Below are positions 17,495 through 26,502 of a DNA stretch of 63,111 bases, piece by piece. The position numbers and the translations under genes are program-made. Source of the stretch: Candidatus Wolfebacteria bacterium (lineage in GTDB: Bacteria > Patescibacteriota > Minisyncoccia > UBA6257 > UBA9933); NCBI GenBank assembly GCA_016214005.1, contig JACRPK010000007.1:1-63111 (forward strand), in the 5' to 3' direction. Below the pieces are notes generated by a model, which ran no database searches, had not been told where the DNA came from, and saw nothing but the letters and a program-made list of their open reading frames with translations. Position 1 is the stretch's first letter. Every line of letters starts with the position of its first letter.

Positions 17495-19168
17495 TTAATT
17501 CCCATTTCTCCCGATTATCTCTAAATCCTGGGCCTTGAGTTGTTCTAAAATTTTTAATTCCGGATCAATGTTGATGGTTTTGCCGAGATATTGGCCAGCT
17601 GTAAAATGAGGGATGATGACATAATCCGCCTTATCGTTATATAAAATTTTTGCCTCTGTTTCGGTTCTTGCCCGCAAAACGATTTTAATTTCATCTCGAT
17701 TCGGCAATTTATTTAATTCTGAAAGTAAAAATAAATTGTCTTCTAATTCCGGACTGGTTGAAATCACCAGCCTGGCCTTGTTGAAATTTGCCGCTTCAAA
17801 AATATCTTTGTCGGCAATATCTCCGAAAATATAATCAAAATTTTGTTTTTTAAGGCGGTCAATAACTTCCGGATCAAAATCAATTATTAAAAGATCTTCT
17901 TTGGAAATATTGGCGGCGATATTTTGTCCGGTTCGATGACATCCGATTAAAATTATCGGCTTTTCAAATTCGCGGATTTCTCCGTTTTCTTTGATTTTTT
18001 TGCGTTCAAAGATTTTTAAAACAGGAGACAGAAATTTATAAATATTTTCTCCGTAAATTATCATATAGCTTGAAGCGGCAATGGTTGTGATGCCGACAGC
18101 TGTAATTATCGCCACAATTTTTTCATCAAGATGGTTTATTTTTGATCCTAGGGCCGCCAAAATAAAGCTGAATTCCGAAACTTGCGCCATTGTCAGTCCG
18201 GTTAAAAAGCTTGTTCTGCTGCGAAAACCCAATAATCCCATAATAATTATTACAATTAAAGGACAAACGATTAAAACGAATAAAGAAAAAATAATAATCG
18301 GATAAGCCAATCCGTGAAAATTCGAAAATGCCATTGAGTAGCCCATAATCACGAAAAATATCAAAAGGAAAAAATCGCGCAAAGATCTTATATAGCCGGA
18401 AATTTGAAAATGTTCGGAAGAATTGGCTAATGCCAAGCCGGCCAAAAGACCGCCGATTTCAATGGAAAAGCCGATTTTATTGGTAATGGCAACTAAGCTG
18501 AAAAGCCATGCCAGGCTTGTTAAAAATAAAAGTTCTTGGGATCGGCTGATTTTGTCAAAAATAAGCGGCAGAATTTTTTTGCCTAAATAAATCACCAATG
18601 CGAATAATAATGTTCCTTTTGCAATGACAAGCGTCATATTTTTGAAATCAAACCCTCCCGATTCAATACCGCTTAAAAGGAACAAAACAACGATTGTAAG
18701 AAAATCTTCCACCAAAAGCACGCCGATGCTTATTTTCCCGTAAAGGCTGTTTAAATCTTTTTTGTCAGAAAGTAATTTAACGATAATAACCGTGCTGGAA
18801 ATAGTCAGGGCAAAGCTTATATAAGCGGCTTGAAGATAATTAAAATTTAAAGCAGTAGCCAGAAAAAAAGCGGCGGCGATTGTCAGGACCACCTGGGAAA
18901 ATCCGATAATCAAAGAGCTTTTGCCGACCAATCTTAGAGAATTATAATTAATTTCAAGTCCGACCAGAAAAAGCAAAAACATTATTCCCATTTCTGAAAA
19001 TATTTTAAAAGTTTCTTTATTGCTTAAATCAAAGAAGCCGAAATAGCCGATAATCGCGCCGGTTGCCAAATAGGCAAGAATAATCGGCTGTTTTAGCAAT
19101 TTTGCTATAATTCCAAGAGCCGAAGCGATTAAAATAATGGCTGTTAATTCAAAAATTCCAGAAGTCAT
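17495..19168 (-). CDS. CPA2-type monovalent cation:proton antiporter with a C-terminal TrkA-N/RCK domain (Kef-like)
   Basis: About 12 TM helices typical of Na_H_exchanger. The C-terminal part has a Rossmann-like ILIGCHRTGQNIA. Confidence 0.8.
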   Translation of the reverse strand: MTSGIFELTAIILIASALGIIAKLLKQPIILAYLATGAIIGYFGFFDLSNKETFKIFSEMGIMFLLFLVGLEINYNSLRLVGKSSLIIGFSQVVLTIAAAFFLATALNFNYLQAAYISFALTISSTVIIVKLLSDKKDLNSLYGKISIGVLLVEDFLTIVVLFLLSGIESGGFDFKNMTLVIAKGTLLFALVIYLGKKILPLIFDKISRSQELLFLTSLAWLFSLVAITNKIGFSIEIGGLLAGLALANSSEHFQISGYIRSLRDFFLLIFFVIMGYSMAFSNFHGLAYPIIIFSLFVLIVCPLIVIIIMGLLGFRSRTSFLTGLTMAQVSEFSFILAALGSKINHLDEKIVAIITAVGITTIAASSYMIIYGENIYKFLSPVLKIFERKKIKENGEIREFEKPIILIGCHRTGQNIAANISKEDLLIIDFDPEVIDRLKKQNFDYIFGDIADKDIFEAANFNKARLVISTSPELEDNLFLLSELNKLPNRDEIKIVLRARTETEAKILYNDKADYVIIPHFTAGQYLGKTINIDPELKILEQLKAQDLEIIGRNGN

Positions 19169-19258
19169 AACATTTGATTTATTTTTAAATTAAGTATATA
19201 ATAAAAAAATGATTTGTTAAAGGTCGGGAATAAAATTTAACATAAATTATGAAGAAAA

Positions 19259-20383
19259 TCATAGTATTGTATAACCGCACCCTATTTTGCACTCCTGAGA
19301 CCTTAGAGATATTTTATTCTGTAAAAAGTATGATGATGACCTTTGTTGTTGTAATGATAACATAAATTGTATTGGAGAGAATTTGTTTTGGAAAGCGCCG
19401 TGAACTCTCTCGGTATTGTAGAAAATCAAATAATCAATGAGCTGGCGATTGAATTCATCGGGATTCAAAAGAAGAAAAGAATGGTAATCAATAAACTCTT
19501 CTTGAATGGTGCGATTGAATCTTTCCAGATGAGCGTTCATTTTTGGAGTTCTAGGATAGGTATGATAATGAATAAGATGTTGTTTTCTTAGTTCTTCGTC
19601 AAAATGTTTTTTGAATTCGCTTCCGTTATCAGTCAAAACATATTGAAATTGAAAAGTATAAGGAAAAACTTTTTGACAAAGTTCAAAGAATTCTTTGGCA
19701 GCAAGCGAGGCGTGAGATTTAGTCGCCCAAGCAAATGAAAATCTGGTGTAAATATCTTCAAAAGTAATAACATATCTCCTGACGCCGTTCACAAACCTCT
19801 CTACTGTGTCCAAGGCCACAAGATGACCAGGATAGAGAGGGATAAAATCTTTAGGTTTTCTCAACACTTTTTGACGATTGATTTTCTTGATTTTGCCAAA
19901 ATGAGAAACTTTTTGAGGAAATACGCGAAGTCCTCCGAGATCTTTGATAATTCTTCCGATGGTAGCCGGTTTGGGGCAAAAAAGATTCTTTTCCGCGCAA
20001 AATTTCAAGAGCAAGGGATAGATTTTTTCTTCTCCCAGATTAGGATGAATTTCCTGAGAACGAAGGCGTTTGATTTCTTGAATAACTTCAATTGACCAAA
20101 GACGTTTGCGTTTGACGATCGGCGTTTTGGATTTTTCATTCAAAGCTTCGATCTTTTTTCCGCCCTTTTCCCATTGGCTTTTCCAATAAAATAAGGTTCT
20201 CCTTTTGACCTTGAAAGCGTCTATGACGGCTTCAAAGCCGTGTTTTTCCCAGAAAACCAAGACGCGAGCTTTCTGATGAGCTTTTGCGGTAATCATATAC
20301 CGATATCTTATCGCATCGTTATAGATATTGATAAATCCATTGATACCGGTATATTTGCAATGTATTTTATTGAAAAACTCCAT
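19259..20383 (-). CDS. DDE transposase with an HTH N-terminus and an rve integrase core domain
   Basis: 374 aa. The core reads ...HLVALDTVE..., ...VLTDNGSEF... and ...HYHTYPRTPKMNAHLERFNRTIQEE...YNTERVHGA, i.e. a D, D, E arrangement. Confidence 0.88.
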   Translation of the reverse strand: MEFFNKIHCKYTGINGFINIYNDAIRYRYMITAKAHQKARVLVFWEKHGFEAVIDAFKVKRRTLFYWKSQWEKGGKKIEALNEKSKTPIVKRKRLWSIEVIQEIKRLRSQEIHPNLGEEKIYPLLLKFCAEKNLFCPKPATIGRIIKDLGGLRVFPQKVSHFGKIKKINRQKVLRKPKDFIPLYPGHLVALDTVERFVNGVRRYVITFEDIYTRFSFAWATKSHASLAAKEFFELCQKVFPYTFQFQYVLTDNGSEFKKHFDEELRKQHLIHYHTYPRTPKMNAHLERFNRTIQEEFIDYHSFLLLNPDEFNRQLIDYLIFYNTERVHGAFQNKFSPIQFMLSLQQQRSSSYFLQNKISLRSQECKIGCGYTIL

Positions 20384-20438
20384 GAATCGGCGAAATTCTA
20401 GGGCTTCATAGAGTGCAAGATGTATGTGAGGTTATGCA
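19268..20438 (-). mobile_element. Complete IS element (IS481-like, single rve-type transposase); boundaries are approximate
   Basis: Imperfect terminal inverted repeats TGTATAACCGCACCCTATTTTGCACTC (19268-) and the reverse complement of GAGTGCAAGATGTATGTGAGGTTATGCA (-20438). The transposase stop (19259) lies slightly outside the left repeat as drawn, so the true end may extend a few nt further. Confidence 0.7.
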
Positions 20439-20450
20439 CTTTTAAAAGAA

Positions 20451-20717
20451 ATGAATGAAAAAATTAAAGCAATCCGCGCTGAATATTTGGCAAAAATTAA
20501 AGCGCTTCGCCAATCAGCTAAAACTAAAATTCAGGGGATAAAAGATGTTCGCAAAAAAGAAGTTGAACAACAAAAAGAGAAAATTAAGCAAGAAAGAGAA
20601 AGAATAAAAACAGAACAAGAAAAATTAAGAGAAATTAAAAAGAACGAATTGGAAAAAATCCAAGAAATCAAGAAAAACGAATTGGAGAAATCTTCTGAAT
20701 TGAAATCAAACGAATAA
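20451..20717 (+). CDS. Hypothetical K/E-rich coiled-coil protein (88 aa)
   Basis: ORF with an internal repeat (IKKNELEK occurs twice). No family recognised. Confidence 0.4.
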   Translation: MNEKIKAIRAEYLAKIKALRQSAKTKIQGIKDVRKKEVEQQKEKIKQERERIKTEQEKLREIKKNELEKIQEIKKNELEKSSELKSNE

Positions 20718-20760
20718 TCCAAACTAAAATGAGCCCTTGCGGCTCATTTTAGTTTGGATT
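20716..20760 (+). terminator. Perfect 20-bp stem hairpin (terminator-like, no clear U-tract)
   Basis: AATCCAAACTAAAATGAGCC-CTTGC-GGCTCATTTTAGTTTGGATT, starting inside the stop codon of the preceding ORF. Confidence 0.5.
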
Positions 20761-20771
20761 AAAATTAATAA

Positions 20772-21362
20772 ATGGCTTACGAAATAAAAAATTTTGAAAA
20801 TCTGCTGGGACTGGCTGGTTTTAGCGATCAGCTGCTAAAAAATCATTTTACCCTTTATTCGGGATATGTTAATAATTTTAACAAACTTAATGATATTTTA
20901 GTGGTAATGGAGCGCGAAGGTAAATATGCGGCTCCGGAATACGCCGAATTAAACAGACGGTTAGGTTGGGAGTTTAATGGTATGCGTTTGCATGAGTTTT
21001 ATTTTGGAAATTTAACAAAGACATCGGTTAAAATTGACGAAAATTTCAATTTATTTAAGGCGATATTAAAAGAATTCGGCTCTTATGATTTTTTTGAAAA
21101 AGATTTTAAAGCCATGGCAGTAATGCGGGGAATCGGCTGGATAATTTTATATTATGACAAACAATCCGATAGATTGTTTAATGTTTGGGTAAATGAGCAC
21201 GACGCAGGCCATTTTTCCGGATGCGTCCCATTGCTGGTGATGGATGTTTTTGAACACGCTTATATGCTTGATTATGGAATAAAACGCGCGGATTATATTG
21301 AAGCGTTTATGAAAGTAATTGATTGGAAGGCCGCGGAAAATAGATATGCTCAATCGCAATAG
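20772..21362 (+). CDS. sodA: Fe/Mn superoxide dismutase family protein (divergent N-terminal motif)
   Basis: C-terminal DVFEHAYMLDY and the mid-protein segment NGMRLHEFYF correspond to metal-ligand motifs. The N-terminal region reads NHFTLYSGYV instead of the usual HHxKHHxxYV. Confidence 0.75.
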   Translation: MAYEIKNFENLLGLAGFSDQLLKNHFTLYSGYVNNFNKLNDILVVMEREGKYAAPEYAELNRRLGWEFNGMRLHEFYFGNLTKTSVKIDENFNLFKAILKEFGSYDFFEKDFKAMAVMRGIGWIILYYDKQSDRLFNVWVNEHDAGHFSGCVPLLVMDVFEHAYMLDYGIKRADYIEAFMKVIDWKAAENRYAQSQ

Positions 21363-22212
21363 TTTAATTTTTCTTTTTATTTTTCTTATAGTTTTTGATT
21401 TTTTTGTTTGGCATTCAATTATTTTTGGCAAGTCGAATAAAAATCTTGAAGTTTATTTTTTAAATGTCGGTCAGGGCGACAGCCAGCTGGCGATTTTGCC
21501 GGGCGGAGTGAAAGTTTTAATTGACGGCGGACCGAGCGCTAAAATTGTCAGCGAATTATCTTCAATTTTTACGGCTGGCGACAATTATATTGATTTGGTG
21601 GTAATGAGCCATCCTCAATATGATCATTTTGCCGGATTGATTGATATCTTAAAGCGTTATCAAATTGGCGCTTTTATTTATAACGGCCGAAGAGGAGAAA
21701 TAAAAGCATTTGATGAATTGGAAAATATTTTAAAAGAGAAAAATGTAAATAAAATTATTTTGGCGCAGGGCGATAAAATAAAATATGGCGAAAGCCGTTT
21801 TGATGTTCTTTCTCCGGATAATAATTTTGTACAAAGCAAAGAATTGAATGACACGACGTTGGTAATTGGGCTTACGGCTGCGAATAATAATGGCGAAAAA
21901 CCTTTTAAAATTTTATTTACCGGCGATATCGGCGCGAATATTGAAAAATATTTGGCTGATAATTTTGATATAAATGTTGATGTTTTAAAAGTGGCGCATC
22001 ATGGTTCAAAATATTCTTCAAGCGAAGAATTTTTGAAAAAAGCCAGGCCGAAAATTTCAGTGATTGAAGTGGGCAAAAACACTTACGGCCATCCTACAAA
22101 AAAAGCGCTGGATAATTTGGCTTTAATCGGATCGCAGATTTTTAGAACCGACAAAGAAGGCGCGATAAAATTAGTTTTCGATGGCGGCAAGATTAACATT
22201 TTTAAGAAATAA
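21346..22212 (+). CDS. ComEC/Rec2-related metallo-beta-lactamase-fold protein with an N-terminal TM helix
   Basis: LNVGQGDSQL, VMSHPQYDHFAG, KVAHHGSKYSS. The start was chosen at the ATG at 21346, which overlaps the end of sod. Confidence 0.75.
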   Translation: MLNRNSLIFLFIFLIVFDFFVWHSIIFGKSNKNLEVYFLNVGQGDSQLAILPGGVKVLIDGGPSAKIVSELSSIFTAGDNYIDLVVMSHPQYDHFAGLIDILKRYQIGAFIYNGRRGEIKAFDELENILKEKNVNKIILAQGDKIKYGESRFDVLSPDNNFVQSKELNDTTLVIGLTAANNNGEKPFKILFTGDIGANIEKYLADNFDINVDVLKVAHHGSKYSSSEEFLKKARPKISVIEVGKNTYGHPTKKALDNLALIGSQIFRTDKEGAIKLVFDGGKINIFKK

Positions 22213-22227
22213 TGATAAACTTTTTTA

Positions 22228-23562
22228 ATGCGGACTTTAATTAAAGACATTATTGGTAAAGAAGGAGAAAGCGTTGAATTGATGGGCTGGGTTGATGCAA
22301 GGCGCGATCACGGCAAATTGATTTTTATTGACTTGCGAGACCGAAGCGGCATTGCCCAGGTTGTTTTTTTGCCGTCGAATAAAGAGGCCGGTGAATTGGC
22401 AAAAGATCTTCGTTTTCAGTGGGTTGTTAAATTATCTGGCAAAGTGAGTCGCCGGCCGAAAAATATGATAAATTTGGAAATTGAAACCGGCGAGTTTGAA
22501 GTGGCGGCGGAAAGTCTTGAAATTTTAAGCCGAGCTGAAGAAATTCCTTTTGATCCGGCTGCGGAAATATCTTTGGAAACTTTTTTGGATTGGCAGCCGT
22601 TTGCTTTGCGCACTGAAAAATCCCGCAATATTTTTAAAATTCAGGCGGAAATTGTTCGCGCTTTCAGGAATTTTTTAATTGAAAAAGAATTTGTTGAAGT
22701 TCAAGTTCCTAAAATTGTGGCCCAGGTGACCGAAGGTGGCGCCAATGTTTTTAAATTAGATTATTTTGATTCAAAGGCTTATCTTGCTCAAAGCCCGCAG
22801 TTTTATAAACAAATTATGGTTGGAATTTTTGAGCGGGTTTTTACTATCGGCAATGTTTATCGGGCTGAAGAGCATAGCACTACCAGGCATTTAAACGAAT
22901 ATACCAGCTTGGATTTGGAATTTGGTTTTATTGAAGACCACAGCGATGTAATGGATTTGGAAAACGAATTGCTTGTTTATATAATGGATCATTTGAAAAA
23001 AACTTGCGCTCGGGAATTTAAATTTTTCAATTTTGAAATTCCGAAAGTGCCGCAAAAAATTCCGGCAATAAAATTAAGGGAAGCTCAAAAAATTTTAAAA
23101 GAAAAATATGGCATTGATTGTCAAAATGAGCCGGATTTGGAACCCAGTCATGAGCGTCAAATTTGCGAATATGCCAAAAAAGAATTTGGCTCGGATTTTA
23201 TTTTCATAACGCATTATCCTGTTGAAAAAAGGCCTTTTTATACTTTTCCGGATAAAGACGACCTTGGTTATACAAAAAGTTTTGATTTGCTTTTCAGGGG
23301 AATTGAAATCACAACCGGCGGCCAGCGTATTCATGACTATCAAATGCTTGTTGAAAATATCAAAAAATGGAAAATAGATCCGGAAAAATTTAGTTTTTAT
23401 CTTCAGGCGTTTAAATACGGAATGCCTCCGGAAGGCGGACTTGCGATAGGTTTGGAAAGGCTTACGCAAAAAATTTTAAATCTTGAGAATGTTAGGGAAG
23501 CGGCTCTTTTCCCAAGAGATATGAATAGAATTGATATCTTGTTATCTTCTCTTAAAAAATAA
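22228..23562 (+). CDS. aspS: Aspartate--tRNA ligase, archaeal/eukaryotic type (class IIb)
   Basis: 444 aa. OB-fold N-terminus, FRAEEHSTTRHLNEYTSLDLE (motif 2) and GGLAIGLERL (motif 3). Confidence 0.85.
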   Translation: MRTLIKDIIGKEGESVELMGWVDARRDHGKLIFIDLRDRSGIAQVVFLPSNKEAGELAKDLRFQWVVKLSGKVSRRPKNMINLEIETGEFEVAAESLEILSRAEEIPFDPAAEISLETFLDWQPFALRTEKSRNIFKIQAEIVRAFRNFLIEKEFVEVQVPKIVAQVTEGGANVFKLDYFDSKAYLAQSPQFYKQIMVGIFERVFTIGNVYRAEEHSTTRHLNEYTSLDLEFGFIEDHSDVMDLENELLVYIMDHLKKTCAREFKFFNFEIPKVPQKIPAIKLREAQKILKEKYGIDCQNEPDLEPSHERQICEYAKKEFGSDFIFITHYPVEKRPFYTFPDKDDLGYTKSFDLLFRGIEITTGGQRIHDYQMLVENIKKWKIDPEKFSFYLQAFKYGMPPEGGLAIGLERLTQKILNLENVREAALFPRDMNRIDILLSSLKK

Positions 23563-23569
23563 TTTTAAA

Positions 23570-24907
23570 ATGGACAATTTTAAACAAAAATTTTCGCAAT
23601 ATATTAAAATGCCCGAGATGCGGCCGTTTTGGTATTTTTTGCCGTTTGTCATTGGATTTTTTATTGTTGAAGGAATTGAAGAGACATTTCATGTCCAAAG
23701 TTCTTTGATCTTTATTTTTAATTCTTTATTTTTTATTGCGATCGCAATTTTTCTTTTTATTATTAGTCTTCGATTGGCCAGGGCGAATTTGGAAGTTAAA
23801 TTGGAGCATAATGAACTTTCGAGCATAATTTCAACTCTTCAAAGCGGGATTGTGGCTTATGATCCGAATTTTAAAATAACTATTTTTAATAAAATTGCCG
23901 AGGGAATTTTCGGTTTGCGATCAGATGAAATAATCGGAAAAATTTTTACTCCGGAAAACATCAAAGAGCCAAGATTAAAATTATTTATTCAAACAATGTT
24001 TCCGTCGCTTGCGCCTGCCATTATTAAGCGTTCCGATCCGGGAGTTTATCCGCAGATTGTTGATGTTTCTTTCGGTGAGAATCGGCTCAATTTACGGGTG
24101 GCGACTAATAAAATTATTGATCCCGCTGGCAATCTTTTGGGTTTTGTTAAAATTATTGTTGACAGAACGCGCGAAGTCGAACTTATAAAATCAAAAAGCG
24201 AATTTATCGGAGTGGCGGCGCATCAATTAAGAACGCCGATTACGAGCTTGCACTGGATGTTTGAATCTCTTTCCGGCGAATCTTTAAGCGATAATGCCAA
24301 GCAAATTGTTAATTCCGGGCTTGAACAATCGGCTTTTGTTTCAAAAATAGTCAATGATTTGCTTGATGTATCTCAAATTGAAGAAGGAAGATTCGGTTTT
24401 AATTTTGGGAAAGTGAATATTGGATTTTTAATTGATGAAATTATCGGATCTGCCAAGAGTTTTGTTGAAGAAGCTGGCATTAAAATTTTTTTTCAAAAGC
24501 CGGTTGAGCCGATTGAATTGAATGTTGATTCGCAAAAATTAAGCATGGCTTTGTATAATATTTTAGATAATGCCGTAAGATACAATGTTAAAAACGGAGA
24601 AGTGCGCATTGATATTGAAAAATTGGCGGACAAGCCTTATGTGCAGATCGCGATTAGGGATACTGGCATTGGGATTCCTCCTGTTGAGATAGATAAATTA
24701 TTCACTAAATTTTTTAGAGCTGAAAATGCGATTAGATATGCGCCAAACGGATCCGGGCTCGCGCTTTATATTGCTAAAAATATTATTAAACGTCATGGTG
24801 GCGATATCCGCGCTGAATCGGAAATTAACCGCGGCAGCGTTTTTTATATTACCCTGCCGACGGATTCAAGTTTGATTCCGCCAAAAGAAATTGTCTACGA
24901 ATCATAG
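23570..24907 (+). CDS. Sensor histidine kinase (2 TM helices, PAS, HisKA, HATPase_c)
   Basis: H-box GVAAHQLRTPIT, N-box DNAVRYN, G-boxes RDTGIGI and GSGLALYIAK. No response regulator gene is adjacent. Confidence 0.88.
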   Translation: MDNFKQKFSQYIKMPEMRPFWYFLPFVIGFFIVEGIEETFHVQSSLIFIFNSLFFIAIAIFLFIISLRLARANLEVKLEHNELSSIISTLQSGIVAYDPNFKITIFNKIAEGIFGLRSDEIIGKIFTPENIKEPRLKLFIQTMFPSLAPAIIKRSDPGVYPQIVDVSFGENRLNLRVATNKIIDPAGNLLGFVKIIVDRTREVELIKSKSEFIGVAAHQLRTPITSLHWMFESLSGESLSDNAKQIVNSGLEQSAFVSKIVNDLLDVSQIEEGRFGFNFGKVNIGFLIDEIIGSAKSFVEEAGIKIFFQKPVEPIELNVDSQKLSMALYNILDNAVRYNVKNGEVRIDIEKLADKPYVQIAIRDTGIGIPPVEIDKLFTKFFRAENAIRYAPNGSGLALYIAKNIIKRHGGDIRAESEINRGSVFYITLPTDSSLIPPKEIVYES

Positions 24908-24961
24908 CGGAAGAGGATAAGGGCTAAAAATTTATTATATTTTTTCGGTAAGCGAATCCGA

Positions 24962-25019
24962 CCTGCCTGCCGCCTGCCTGCCGGTAGGCAGGGCAGGCAG
25001 GGAGCCAAGCGCATCCCGC
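24962..25019. repeat. Compound GC-rich palindromic element (nested CCTGCCTGCC.../...GGCAGGCAGG) plus a 16-mer, GCCAAGCGCATCCCGC, that recurs inverted at 41359..41374
   Basis: Read directly. Intergenic, between the histidine kinase gene and pyk. Confidence 0.85.
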
Positions 25020-25086
25020 CTGCTGTTCTATTGCATTTTTTTTGCATTTCCTTTAAATTTACTTTTTAAGTTTCAAAAATAAAAAT

Positions 25087-26502
25087 ATGTTCAAGAAAAC
25101 AAAAATTGTCGCTTCAATTGGGCCGGCGACAGAAAATAAAGAAATATTGGAAAAAATGGCTTTGGCCGGAATGAATGTTGTCAGATTGAATTTTTCTCAT
25201 GATGTTCATCAGGCCCATCAGCGCCGCGTGGATTATGCCCGGTTTGTTTCTAAAAAAATAAATAAGCCGATTGCGGTTTTGCAGGATTTAAGCGGCCCTA
25301 AAATTAGAATAGGCGATTTTTACAAAGAAAGCATTGTTTTGAAAAATGGGCAGGCTTTTATTATTACAACTGAAAATTGCATTGGCGACGAAAAAAAAGT
25401 TTCTATAAATTATAAAAATCTTCATAAAGAAATAGAAAAAGGAGCCACGATATTGCTCAATGACGGCAAAAACGAATTAAAAGTGGAGAAAATTTTAGGA
25501 AAAAATGTTTATTGCAGAGTTGTCTACGGCGGAGAAATCAAGGGGAGAAGGGGAGTAAATTTGCCGGGCAGTTATTTGAAAATAAGTTCGCTTACGGAAA
25601 AAGATAAAAAAGATCTTTTGTTTGGAATTAAAAACAATGTTGAATATATGGCGATTTCTTTTGTCAGAACGCCAAATGATGTTTTGGAATTAAGAGATAT
25701 TTTAAAAAAAGCCAAAGCAGATGGTATTAAAATAATAGCTAAAATAGAAACCCAGGAAGCAATAGAAAATTTAGACGCTATTTTGGAAGTTGCCGATGGC
25801 GCGATGGTGGCTCGCGGAGATTTGGCGGTTGAAGTCGGAGCGGAACAAGTGCCCATTTTGCAAAAAATGATTATTCAAAAATGCAATGATATCGGCAAGC
25901 CGGTTATCACCGCAACACAAATGCTTGAATCAATGATTAAAAATCCGGTGCCGACAAGAGCCGAAGTCAATGATGTTGCCAACGCTATTTTAGACGGCAC
26001 TGACGCGATAATGCTTTCCGAAGAAACAACCTTGGGCAATTATCCCGTAAAAGTTATTGAAGTAATGGCGCGCGTGGCAAAGCATACGGAAGAAAATTTT
26101 GACTATGAAGAAATTTTAAAACATAAGCATTTAACGCAAAAAGTCATTACTGATTCCGTTAGTTATGCTGTTGTAAATACCTCCCATAGTATCGGGGCCA
26201 AAGTTATTATAGCCCTAACTGAATCAGGATTTACGCCGAGAATGATTTCCAGATATAAACCCAAACAACCTATTTTGTCTTTGACTTCGAATATAAAAAC
26301 TCGCAATCAACTGGCTTTAAATTTTGGATGTTATTCTAATATTATAAAAGGTTTTAAAGATGTGGAAAATGTGATTGAATCCGCTAAAAAAATTGTTGTT
26401 GAAAGCAAAATGGCGGCGAAAGGCGATAAAATAGTTATTTCAGCAGGGGTGCCTTTTGGGAAATCCGGCGCCACGAATCTTTTAATTGTGCAGACGATTT
26501 AA
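25087..26502 (+). CDS. pyk: Pyruvate kinase
   Basis: KIVASIGPA, NFSHD, MVARGDLAVE, TQMLESM. Confidence 0.96.
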   Translation: MFKKTKIVASIGPATENKEILEKMALAGMNVVRLNFSHDVHQAHQRRVDYARFVSKKINKPIAVLQDLSGPKIRIGDFYKESIVLKNGQAFIITTENCIGDEKKVSINYKNLHKEIEKGATILLNDGKNELKVEKILGKNVYCRVVYGGEIKGRRGVNLPGSYLKISSLTEKDKKDLLFGIKNNVEYMAISFVRTPNDVLELRDILKKAKADGIKIIAKIETQEAIENLDAILEVADGAMVARGDLAVEVGAEQVPILQKMIIQKCNDIGKPVITATQMLESMIKNPVPTRAEVNDVANAILDGTDAIMLSEETTLGNYPVKVIEVMARVAKHTEENFDYEEILKHKHLTQKVITDSVSYAVVNTSHSIGAKVIIALTESGFTPRMISRYKPKQPILSLTSNIKTRNQLALNFGCYSNIIKGFKDVENVIESAKKIVVESKMAAKGDKIVISAGVPFGKSGATNLLIVQTI

